DNA from: Flavobacteriales bacterium
Lineage (GTDB): Bacteria > Bacteroidota > Bacteroidia > Flavobacteriales_G > JALEGO01
Direction: 5' to 3'
NCBI GenBank assembly: GCA_022763165.1
Contig: JALEGO010000631.1
Location: forward strand, 1-39,739
Length of the DNA stretch: 39,739 bases
The notes beneath the pieces are model-generated. The model was not told the origin of the DNA. It did not search any database and worked only from the letters and a program-made list of their open reading frames with translations. Below are positions 1 to 8,670 of this stretch, piece after piece (the stretch's first letter is position 1; every line of letters starts with the position of its first letter). Made by a program: the position numbers and the translations under genes.

Positions 1-50
1 GATCTCCGGATTTCACAAAGTAGGGAGATTCTGAAATAAATTCAGAATGA
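1..50. repeat. Partial palindromic REP-like intergenic element truncated at window start
   Basis: Perfect hairpin ATTCTGAA-ataaa-TTCAGAAT at 28-48; GATCTC (1-6) can pair with GAGATT (25-30), suggesting the left arm lies outside the window. Confidence 0.45.
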
Positions 51-82
51 TAACAATCAGGCTTTTGGGACAGCTTTTCTTC

Positions 83-2371
83 TTAAAGCTTCACAAGCTT
101 TTTGAAAACATTTACTTTATCACCTGAAAGACGTATAAAGTAATTCCCTGGATCTAGGTTTTGAAGATCAATTTCCCCTTGAAGTGTTGTTTGCATCTCC
201 ATGATCAATTGTCCTGTTACATCTAGAATTTCAGCATTTACTTTTGATGAAATGGGAGCCGCCAAAAAAATTCGATCATACGTTGGATTTGGGTAAAGCT
301 TTACCTCAACATCTTGTGCAGCGTCTTTGGTATGTACAGGCACGTTATTTCCTAAGGCTTGCTTTGGTGCCTTGTAAGTCACTTTTACCCATACCTTCTG
401 ACCAGAGTTATTAATACTAGCGTTCCTAATCTTGATTTTATAATTGGCAGCTACCGTAACGTTGTAATTTAGAACCAAATGGCCCACACCCGTAATTGAA
501 TCTAGACTGACATCATTATCATCAAGGATCAACAACTTAATCGATTGAGTGCTATCAGCTGGGTATAAATCAATCTGAACTAGCCCTGTATCAGAATGAA
601 CTTTTCCCACATACCTGTAATCCAAACTGTTGGTGGGTAATGCACCACCCTGTTGTAAGGACCAGGGATGAGAGTCCCCTAAATCATTGGCCATTTCCCA
701 TTCTTGAGTTGTAAGTTTTGGATTCGGATTGAACCCACCTGTAATTCCCGCTGGTCCCCAAATAGAATAACCTCTTCTCATATTGCTTCCATCACATGGA
801 GGAGTATGTATTTCTACCCAACCTGAATTATTGACATAAATATCATTTGAATTGGCTCCTGAATAATCATGAAGCTGTGTTCCTGGGGCAAAGTCAGTTT
901 GAATCCAGGCATTTTGCCAAGTGCTCCAATTATCATTTGCACTGATTATGGCTTTCCCAGATCTCTCAATGATAAGATGATCTGGATCTTGATGTCTTAC
1001 TTTGTAGGCTCCATTTTTGAAATTAAGCTTTTGATGACACCAAATAATATTGGCCAAGGCATCCCGGATAGGTAGATCTGTATGATTTGTTGGCCAATGA
1101 GAGTACCTATTTCCATTTGACAAATTGAAAAGATCCTCCATAAAAATCATAGGAGATCCATCAACCGCAAATGCAATCGCATGGGCTGCTTCGGATCTGG
1201 GATCAAAAGGATCTATATGTGGCGCCAGTTCATCCCCGGTATTCCATCCAATATAATTGCCATTTGCATCAAATTGCGGTCTAAAAGTATCGTGATTATT
1301 TACAAAAGCTACAGTTCTTTGCCTGTTGCCCTGCTGCAAGTTTGGAATGTTTCCGATATCATAGAAACCCGAGCCTTGTGTCATTCCATACAATCCATCC
1401 CTAAGCCCAAAATCAAACGTTCCAGCTCTATTCTGGACAGCACTCACCCAATTGTCTAGATCACTTCCTCCACCGACATATTCTCCAACCGCATACATTT
1501 GAGTACCTCCAGATGCAAATCCCGCATTATTCTGGGCATTCCATAGAAGATCTTCTACTACATAAGTCGGGAAGTGTTTAACAGCATCAAAACGATAACC
1601 ATCTACTCCAGTTTGTTTTTTGAACCAAACAAACCAATTTCGTGCCTCATCCAGCATGTAATTTTGATTTTGATTTGGGTTATAGCAATTCACGCAAGAG
1701 CTTTGGCCATAGGCATTGGATTCATAAGAAACATCTGGGCCCCAATAAACACTGTTCAGATCATTGCTGCAGCATGCATTGAATTGATTAGGATAGAAGT
1801 TTTGCCAATTCTTTGGCCACCTTCCTTTTCGGTTCAGGTAATGAAAAGCACTAGTGCTATCCGCTGGACTATCAAATGACACATATCTGAAATTCTTATA
1901 ACCACTTGTAGTCCAATCGTTATAATTATTCAGAGCATAAAGGTCTTGTCCTCCAGCACCTGTTTGACTTCCAGCATTGTCAACATGATTTAAAACAATA
2001 TCCTGAATTACCTCAATACCATTTGCATGAAGAATTGCGATCATTTTGAGTAAATCATCTTTATTTCCAACTCTGGTTTTGGTTTCTCCTTTCTGATACT
2101 TATCGCCTAGATCATAATGATCAAATGGTGAGTAACCCACTGAATTGACACCTGTATTCTTGTATGTTGGGGGAATCCAAACAGCGTCTACTCCTAAATC
2201 TCTCAATCTCGGAGCCAAATCAGATAAGTAATTCGCCCATCCGTCTGGATAATTATTATTCCAATAATCCCACCAAAATCCTTGGAGTACGACCTTTCCG
2301 TTCCATGGGTTTTGAGCTTGGGTAAGAGAAATGAAGATTAGGCTGAATAAGATTAATATTTGTCGTTTCAT
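83..2371 (-). CDS. Secreted GH13 alpha-amylase-family enzyme with T9SS type A C-terminal domain
   Basis: GH13 conserved regions DIVLNH, GYRFDAVKH, VGEY, FVNNHD; signal peptide from ATG 2371 (MKRQILILF...AQ); C-terminal YPNPT...GNYFIRL...KKLVK. Confidence 0.9.
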   Translation of the reverse strand: MKRQILILFSLIFISLTQAQNPWNGKVVLQGFWWDYWNNNYPDGWANYLSDLAPRLRDLGVDAVWIPPTYKNTGVNSVGYSPFDHYDLGDKYQKGETKTRVGNKDDLLKMIAILHANGIEVIQDIVLNHVDNAGSQTGAGGQDLYALNNYNDWTTSGYKNFRYVSFDSPADSTSAFHYLNRKGRWPKNWQNFYPNQFNACCSNDLNSVYWGPDVSYESNAYGQSSCVNCYNPNQNQNYMLDEARNWFVWFKKQTGVDGYRFDAVKHFPTYVVEDLLWNAQNNAGFASGGTQMYAVGEYVGGGSDLDNWVSAVQNRAGTFDFGLRDGLYGMTQGSGFYDIGNIPNLQQGNRQRTVAFVNNHDTFRPQFDANGNYIGWNTGDELAPHIDPFDPRSEAAHAIAFAVDGSPMIFMEDLFNLSNGNRYSHWPTNHTDLPIRDALANIIWCHQKLNFKNGAYKVRHQDPDHLIIERSGKAIISANDNWSTWQNAWIQTDFAPGTQLHDYSGANSNDIYVNNSGWVEIHTPPCDGSNMRRGYSIWGPAGITGGFNPNPKLTTQEWEMANDLGDSHPWSLQQGGALPTNSLDYRYVGKVHSDTGLVQIDLYPADSTQSIKLLILDDNDVSLDSITGVGHLVLNYNVTVAANYKIKIRNASINNSGQKVWVKVTYKAPKQALGNNVPVHTKDAAQDVEVKLYPNPTYDRIFLAAPISSKVNAEILDVTGQLIMEMQTTLQGEIDLQNLDPGNYFIRLSGDKVNVFKKLVKL

Positions 2372-2482
2372 GATGAAGTATTGAAAGAAACCGTTCAAAT
2401 TTAACTACAACTCTTCAAAACATGTCACAAATAATTCATTTTTTCATGAATTATGGCTCACTTCTACAAGCTCAGTCCGAAA

Positions 2483-3739
2483 TTATTTGATCTCGCAAGT
2501 TTTAGACAATTGCGGTAAATGCGGTAAATAGTCATCAAGTTTTGCTTTTCTGTTGAAGTGCAATGGAGTCAGAATCAGTTTTTCTAATTGCACCATTTGA
2601 TCAATTTCTTTTGGGAAGTCCCAAAAAATATTGTTGGAAATGTTCAGGCTCTTCAAGCTAGGTATTTTCAAAAATCGCTTGGGAATGGCCTTGATATAAT
2701 TATGCTCCATGTTCAAGGACACCAAATGCTTAAATTTTAAAATGCTAATAGGAATATTCTCAAATCGGCAATTGGAAACATTGATGTGCTTGATTGTTTT
2801 GACATGGTCAAAACAGATTTCTGGAAGTTTGGATATGTTCGTTCCGCTAAAATCGAATGAATCACCTTTCAGGTATTGTTTTAATAAAATCTCTTGGTCG
2901 TTTTTATTTAAGTGCTTGAATAAGTAGGTAATACCTAAGCCGTATTTTTCATGAAAGAATCTTGCGATTTTCACACCATCAAAACTTGAATATCTAGTCT
3001 CTTGATCAATTCGCTTATCTAATTCTTTATCGTCCATTCTGGGAGAAAACAGACGACTCTTACCTTTTAAATAACCTCTATCATCTATTGGAATTCTATT
3101 CCACAACAATTCTTTTGCCTTAGCTATTGTGCTTTTTTCAGAAGCGCATTTATAAGCTATAAATACAATTTCAAAGAAAGACTTTGGAACGCCCCCTGAG
3201 GACAACATTTCTAGTGCAATTTTGATATTGGATTCATCAAGACTAAGAATGAGATCGTTAATTCTTTCAATGTCTAAATCGTTCTGCTTTTCGGCTTCAA
3301 CTATCCATGGCTTCTCTGTTTTGTCCAAAAACGCCATTAGATCTTGCTCACTAATAAAGGTTACCTCATGATGCTCCAAATTTTTGGTGGTTTTTGGATT
3401 AGTAGCCAGCATGACATGGGTAGTTGAGGCAGAAACCCGGTTGGACATTTTTACTCCTGCATTTTTCAATCTGTTTTTGATGTCCGTTAGCTTAAAGGTA
3501 GGTTTACCAACAATTACCAATTCTGTTTCAGATGAAATAGGATTTTCAGAAAGTGCTGGTTTACTAAATTTTTTCTTGAGATTTATAATGGCTTCATTTC
3601 TCAAAAAAAGGTGATACCCCGGAGCCTCAGACCAGTGCAAGGAAAGGGCATGAATCCATTCGTCTCTGGTAAAACCATTCCTCAACTCTTTGTTGTATGC
3701 AGCGTCCCAGTATTTACTTCTTTCTCTTTTTTTGGTCAT
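2483..3739 (-). CDS. BRCT-like domain plus C-terminal leucine-rich-repeat protein
   Basis: LVIVGK...IKNRLKNAGVKMSNRVSASTTHVML resembles BRCT; LxxLNxxxNxxxxxP repeats at the C terminus; no signal peptide. Confidence 0.7.
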   Translation of the reverse strand: MTKKRERSKYWDAAYNKELRNGFTRDEWIHALSLHWSEAPGYHLFLRNEAIINLKKKFSKPALSENPISSETELVIVGKPTFKLTDIKNRLKNAGVKMSNRVSASTTHVMLATNPKTTKNLEHHEVTFISEQDLMAFLDKTEKPWIVEAEKQNDLDIERINDLILSLDESNIKIALEMLSSGGVPKSFFEIVFIAYKCASEKSTIAKAKELLWNRIPIDDRGYLKGKSRLFSPRMDDKELDKRIDQETRYSSFDGVKIARFFHEKYGLGITYLFKHLNKNDQEILLKQYLKGDSFDFSGTNISKLPEICFDHVKTIKHINVSNCRFENIPISILKFKHLVSLNMEHNYIKAIPKRFLKIPSLKSLNISNNIFWDFPKEIDQMVQLEKLILTPLHFNRKAKLDDYLPHLPQLSKTCEIK

Positions 3740-3852
3740 TCTATCACTGAATCGATATATTAATTCGAAACATTAAATATACCAACTCTGTGAATATTAA
3801 AAAGGCCAAACTGAAGTTGATTCTTTAAAAAAACGAAAAAAGAATGAATCTT

Positions 3853-4809
3853 TCATTCCACTGCAATAGAATCTATTACATAGCTCTGTCCAGCAAAAAC
3901 CCCTATTCCATTTTCAATATTAGAATATACCTGAACCGGTTGTGCAAAAGGGTTGTCAACTGTATTCCAATATTTATTCAAGGACTCCTTATAGAGGTAA
4001 AGCTCCTTTGAGATGGAACTTAGTATAACATAAATCATCTCCTTTTTAAAGTTTGAAGCATAGCTTGTATCATTGGAAAAGTGCCACATACTGAGATTGA
4101 TATCCAATGTAGTTTCCCTTCCATTAAAATTCAAATCTGTAAAATTCAACCCTTGATCTCCAAAATACCACCCCTTCTCAAAAACATCTTCTCCCTGAGA
4201 GTTCTGCAAATCAAAATCTGTTGTGTGCATATCAAGAATTGTCTCATAACCTAAGGTTGAATCTAAAACGATCTGATTACCTTGATCATCCCAAATACTC
4301 TCATATTGTGTATACCTAGAAATGAAAGTAATATTATAATAATTCTCATCTTCTGGATCATTCAAACCAATAGAGATGTTTTTCAAAATCTCTCCTTCAA
4401 CGGAGACCGAACCAGTATCGATCTTACTTATCTCTATGGGCGTAGGTAATGCAGCTGAAGTCTCAATCAATGGAAAACCATCTGTCTCAATCCTCAAAGT
4501 ATACCTCTCGTTTAGTTTGGGGAATGCTGTCAATGAGCGATAGATACCATTTGTGAAGTACGAAAGGTCAATTTCATTTCCTTGATCAGAAACGATTTTG
4601 ACATTTGCATTGTCCACCCAAGCATACTGTGAAGTATCAAGAAGGTGTTTGCTTTTCGATACTTGAATCGACCACAAACTATCTTGCTTGAAGACGCCAT
4701 TTACGGCTATTTTAGGCTCTGATTCTTCAACATCAATTGGTATTTCTTTTTCACAAGAAAAAAAACTGAAGCAAATAACAAAAATGGTTGCTAAACAAAC
4801 TTTTGGCAT
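3853..4809 (-). CDS. DUF4249-like surface lipoprotein
   Basis: Lipobox FFS-C followed by EKE; DPEDENYY; C-terminal PVQVYSNIENGIGVFAG. Confidence 0.85.
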   Translation of the reverse strand: MPKVCLATIFVICFSFFSCEKEIPIDVEESEPKIAVNGVFKQDSLWSIQVSKSKHLLDTSQYAWVDNANVKIVSDQGNEIDLSYFTNGIYRSLTAFPKLNERYTLRIETDGFPLIETSAALPTPIEISKIDTGSVSVEGEILKNISIGLNDPEDENYYNITFISRYTQYESIWDDQGNQIVLDSTLGYETILDMHTTDFDLQNSQGEDVFEKGWYFGDQGLNFTDLNFNGRETTLDINLSMWHFSNDTSYASNFKKEMIYVILSSISKELYLYKESLNKYWNTVDNPFAQPVQVYSNIENGIGVFAGQSYVIDSIAVE

Positions 4810-4880
4810 GACATCGTAAAATTACGAATACAACGTCTAATTTTAAAAAAACTTATGTCATTCCACTGAATGATGCCTGG

Positions 4881-5861
4881 CTATTTGTTTATCTTGATTG
4901 AATCTGACACTGAACTATATCCCGCAAAAACGCCCAAACCATTGTGAATATTCGAATATACCTTAACTGGCTGCGCAGTAGGATCTCCTTTCGATGATAC
5001 TTGTTTGTCAAGTGTTGTATTGTATAAAAAATAGTCCTCTGAAAGAAAATTCATCGCATAAAACAGATAAGAATCTACTAATATCCCTCCTGTATTATCC
5101 AAAAACTGGCTTACATCATCTGGGTCCATCTCGAACTCCAAGGTCACGAATTGACCATCAAAAAATTCATCGGTGAAGTAGACGCCTTTGATGGAAGGAT
5201 ACCAATTCTGGCCCTTATCAACGGAAAACCCCGAATTCAAACGGACAATGGAATTTAAATCTGGGTCATTCACATACAAAGTAGGTACAGGAATTATTCC
5301 ATATGAGGTGTCAGAAAGACCATTCTCCAGGATATCGCTAACTTCACCAAGTATGTTCAAATAATAGAAAGAAATGTTGTAATAATTATCTTCTCCGGGT
5401 GGGTCTTGAAAACTCAAGTAGACACGATAACGTTCAGTTCCATCTGAACTTACATATGTTTCTTGACGCACATCAGTTAATTTTGGTTGAACAGGCACTT
5501 TATTAGTTGCCGACATAGAATTTCCATCAGGATCTTTAACGGAGATATAATACTCCACTCCGGGTCTTGGAGTTGAAAATTTTGAATAATAGAGTCCGTT
5601 TCCTTTGTTCAAAAGTCTCTCGGACCAACCAAAACCATTACTAATAGTAACTTCAGCATCATCCATTGTTACATTATCTTCATTAGATAACACACTTTTC
5701 GTTTGACTGATTTCCACATTCCATGGATGGTCGCTACTAAAAACACTGTTGACAACGGTTCTAGGAGGAATTTTATCTCCTTCAAAATCAAGTTCTTTTT
5801 GACAAGAACAAATAAAGATGAGCGGCAGCAAAATTGATGATATGACTGAAAGTTTGTTCAT
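4881..5861 (-). CDS. DUF4249-like surface lipoprotein (paralog)
   Basis: Lipobox ICS-C followed by QKE; DPPGEDNYY; PVKVYSNIHNGLGVFAG; 3 bp downstream of the TonB receptor. Confidence 0.85.
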   Translation of the reverse strand: MNKLSVISSILLPLIFICSCQKELDFEGDKIPPRTVVNSVFSSDHPWNVEISQTKSVLSNEDNVTMDDAEVTISNGFGWSERLLNKGNGLYYSKFSTPRPGVEYYISVKDPDGNSMSATNKVPVQPKLTDVRQETYVSSDGTERYRVYLSFQDPPGEDNYYNISFYYLNILGEVSDILENGLSDTSYGIIPVPTLYVNDPDLNSIVRLNSGFSVDKGQNWYPSIKGVYFTDEFFDGQFVTLEFEMDPDDVSQFLDNTGGILVDSYLFYAMNFLSEDYFLYNTTLDKQVSSKGDPTAQPVKVYSNIHNGLGVFAGYSSVSDSIKINK

Positions 5862-5864
5862 AGT

Positions 5865-8318
5865 TTAGAATTTGAATTTGTATGAAATGAATGGTATTAT
5901 TGGGAAAAGGCTGATCTGCTTCAATACCCTTTCATCTTGATCATTATATCCAAAAAATAGGTAAAAAGGATTCTGTCTGCTGTATACATTATATACACCA
6001 ACGCTGAGCGTCTCTTCGTATTTATCGCGAATCATATTGAAATTAACTGATAAGTCCAACCTATGGTAATCGGGCATTCTATAACCATTTCTTGATTGGA
6101 TGTATTCCACTTCACTTGTGCTAAAATAATTGGTCAGTTGGGATCCAAATGGACCTGTTGTATTGGCAGCCAGATATGTGGATACAGGCAGTGTCACTGC
6201 ATTTCCTGTACCGTATACCCACACAAGGCCAAGATCCATGCTTCTCTTGAAAGTCTTTAAGTCTCCAGTGGATTTGGACTTGATAACCTTGTCTGATCGG
6301 TTCACTTGGTAAGTGAGGGCTAAACCAATATCATGTCTTCTATCAAACTTGTAGGGAAAAGTCTGACCAAAATTTACATTTTCAAATTGTCTATTAGTCC
6401 AGGACAAAGTATAACCTATCCATCCGGATAATTTACCAAACTTCTTTTGAAGAAGTATTTCTGCACCATATGAATCGCCTTGCCCGATTTCTACTTTTTC
6501 CTGCCAATCTGTGCTTTGTGTAAAAAATGAAGCTCCATCTTTATACTCAATAAGGTTGTTCATTTGTTTGTAGTACCCTTCAATGCTTAGCTCATATTCA
6601 TCATTAATTGTCTTCGCAATGCCTATAGCGATTTGATCCGCGGTCATTGGAGGAATCGTATCGGTCACAGGCACCCACAAATCAGTAGGTAAACCTATTG
6701 TGGTGTTAGTTAATAAATGAATGTATTGTGCCATTCTGGAGTAGGAAGCCTTTAAAGACAAATCTTCCGTTAGCAAATAATTCATTGCTATTCTTGGCTG
6801 AGGATTGAAATATGTGGATCCCTTTACATTGAATGCCGATAGGTGAATTCCGATATTCGTTTTCAATCGTGCTCCAATTTTTATGTCATCCTCGACAAAA
6901 AAACCCATCTCATGTGCATAAATATTGCTCGACCCAAAGGAAGTGTCAATATTAAACTGAGATTCGGTATTTGAAAACTGGCTGGTGGTCACACCGGGTT
7001 CAAAAGCATGATAGATTTCTTGGAGTCCAATCTTAATGTAATGATTAGGATTTGGAATGTAGTCAAACTGAATACTTCCCGCCACATCATTAATGCCAGA
7101 ATAATATTCATACAAAAAGTCTTCATTTTCCACTCCGGTTGGAGTTGTAACGGAAGATCGTTGTTCATTACCAATAACAAACTGGTACTTACTGTAAGTC
7201 AGGGTGGTGTTCATGAATAATTTCTTATTGATAATAGAATTCCACCTCAATGCGGTCGTGATATTCCCCCATTTTAGCTTGGAGTCTGCGATGTCCTTTC
7301 GTTCCTGACCACCAAGACCATAAGTATCTTCATATTTACTATATGCTTTATCATCACCAGTGTAAGCACTCAGATATAATCGGTTTTTATCCGAAAACTT
7401 GTGATTAATCTTGGCGTTCAAATCATAAAAAAAGTAACCGCCATCTATCTTCTCATCACCTTGATTTGCCAATCCAATAAATGGCTTAGACAAAACATCA
7501 ATATAAGTCCTTCTCCCAGAAATAATGAATGAAGTTTTATCCTTCCATATAGGTCCTTCAAGCGCAAGTTTAGATGACACTAAACCTATTGATCCGCTAC
7601 CTTTAAATTCTTTCATATTGCCCTCTTTCATCCGGATATCGAGTACAGAAGACAATCTTCCGCCATATCGGGCTGGAAAACCTCCCTTGACTAATTCCAC
7701 TGACTTAACGGCATCAGGGTTGAAAACAGAAAAGAATCCAAAAAGGTGATTTGCATTGTAAACTGGGACTCCATCTAAGAGAATAAGATTCTGATCAGGT
7801 CCTCCGCCTCTGACATAAAGCCCACTAGTCCCTTCAGAACCCGATTGCACACCAGGCAACAGTTGAACCATCTTAATAATATCCCTCTCTCCCATGAAAG
7901 TCGGCAATACTTCAATTTGTTTCATTGGTATTTTGATCGTACTCATTTGAGTATTTTCATGGATCTTCTCAGATTTGGTGGCGGAAATCTCGACTTCCTT
8001 TAAATTCATAGAGGCACCCATGGGCATATTCAACTGAACATCCTTGGTCAAGTCCACCTTCATTTTGATGGGCTGGAAACCAACAAAGGACACAATAATG
8101 CTATAACTGCCCTCAGGAAGTGTGAGACTATAAAATCCATAAATATTTGATGTTGTTCCAGTCATACTTTCTTCATCATATATATTAGCCCCAATGAGTT
8201 TCTCTCCAGATTTTGCATCCTCTATATACCCACTGATCGTATACTTCTCCTGGGTATAACCAAAGGAGATATTTAATATCATAAGTATGAGTACAAGTTT
8301 TTTTCTGAGGCCTTTCAT
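5865..8318 (-). CDS. TonB-dependent receptor with N-terminal CarboxypepD_reg-like domain
   Basis: ISGYIEDAKSGEKLIGANI; plug LPGVQ...YVRGGGPDQNLILLDG, KGGFPARYGGRLSSVLDI; C-terminal Phe (YKFKF). Confidence 0.92.
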   Translation of the reverse strand: MKGLRKKLVLILMILNISFGYTQEKYTISGYIEDAKSGEKLIGANIYDEESMTGTTSNIYGFYSLTLPEGSYSIIVSFVGFQPIKMKVDLTKDVQLNMPMGASMNLKEVEISATKSEKIHENTQMSTIKIPMKQIEVLPTFMGERDIIKMVQLLPGVQSGSEGTSGLYVRGGGPDQNLILLDGVPVYNANHLFGFFSVFNPDAVKSVELVKGGFPARYGGRLSSVLDIRMKEGNMKEFKGSGSIGLVSSKLALEGPIWKDKTSFIISGRRTYIDVLSKPFIGLANQGDEKIDGGYFFYDLNAKINHKFSDKNRLYLSAYTGDDKAYSKYEDTYGLGGQERKDIADSKLKWGNITTALRWNSIINKKLFMNTTLTYSKYQFVIGNEQRSSVTTPTGVENEDFLYEYYSGINDVAGSIQFDYIPNPNHYIKIGLQEIYHAFEPGVTTSQFSNTESQFNIDTSFGSSNIYAHEMGFFVEDDIKIGARLKTNIGIHLSAFNVKGSTYFNPQPRIAMNYLLTEDLSLKASYSRMAQYIHLLTNTTIGLPTDLWVPVTDTIPPMTADQIAIGIAKTINDEYELSIEGYYKQMNNLIEYKDGASFFTQSTDWQEKVEIGQGDSYGAEILLQKKFGKLSGWIGYTLSWTNRQFENVNFGQTFPYKFDRRHDIGLALTYQVNRSDKVIKSKSTGDLKTFKRSMDLGLVWVYGTGNAVTLPVSTYLAANTTGPFGSQLTNYFSTSEVEYIQSRNGYRMPDYHRLDLSVNFNMIRDKYEETLSVGVYNVYSRQNPFYLFFGYNDQDERVLKQISLFPIIPFISYKFKF

Positions 8319-8639
8319 ATTGCTGTTTTCAGAAGGTAACAGTTGAATTTGCTAAATATTGTACGTCAGGATTTTACTAAAGGTTACAACATTTTAGAAT
8401 AAGATTTTAACAACTGTTGATATAAATGAAGTACTCAATATAATTTACGAAAAATTCACGAAAAAGAGAAGATAATTTTGAATATATTAACAAAATGAAA
8501 TTTAACATACACTGAAACGTTATTCCATTTATGCCTTAATAAACCAACTAAACTTTTGATTTAATATTCAAACCCAGAATCTAATTTTACTTTTTTATTA
8601 AAAAAACCAATTATTGCTTTTTCAGGTAGAAAATTGTAT

Positions 8640-8647
8640 TACTTTTG
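8640..8647 (+). promoter_or_regulatory. Bacteroidota sigma-A -7 element for the C10 protease
   Basis: TACTTTTG matches TAnnTTTG, ending 23 nt before ATG 8671. Confidence 0.55.
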
Positions 8648-8670
8648 CACTCCGAAAAGAACATTATGTC

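Noticed and set aside
869-1879. Short ORFs antisense to or nested in long genes (here and throughout the track)
   Set aside because: Shadow frames of well-supported CDSs with no recognisable motifs
2511-2529. Direct repeat TGCGGTAAA x2
   Set aside because: Falls inside coding sequence (LPHLPQ) and is explained by the protein
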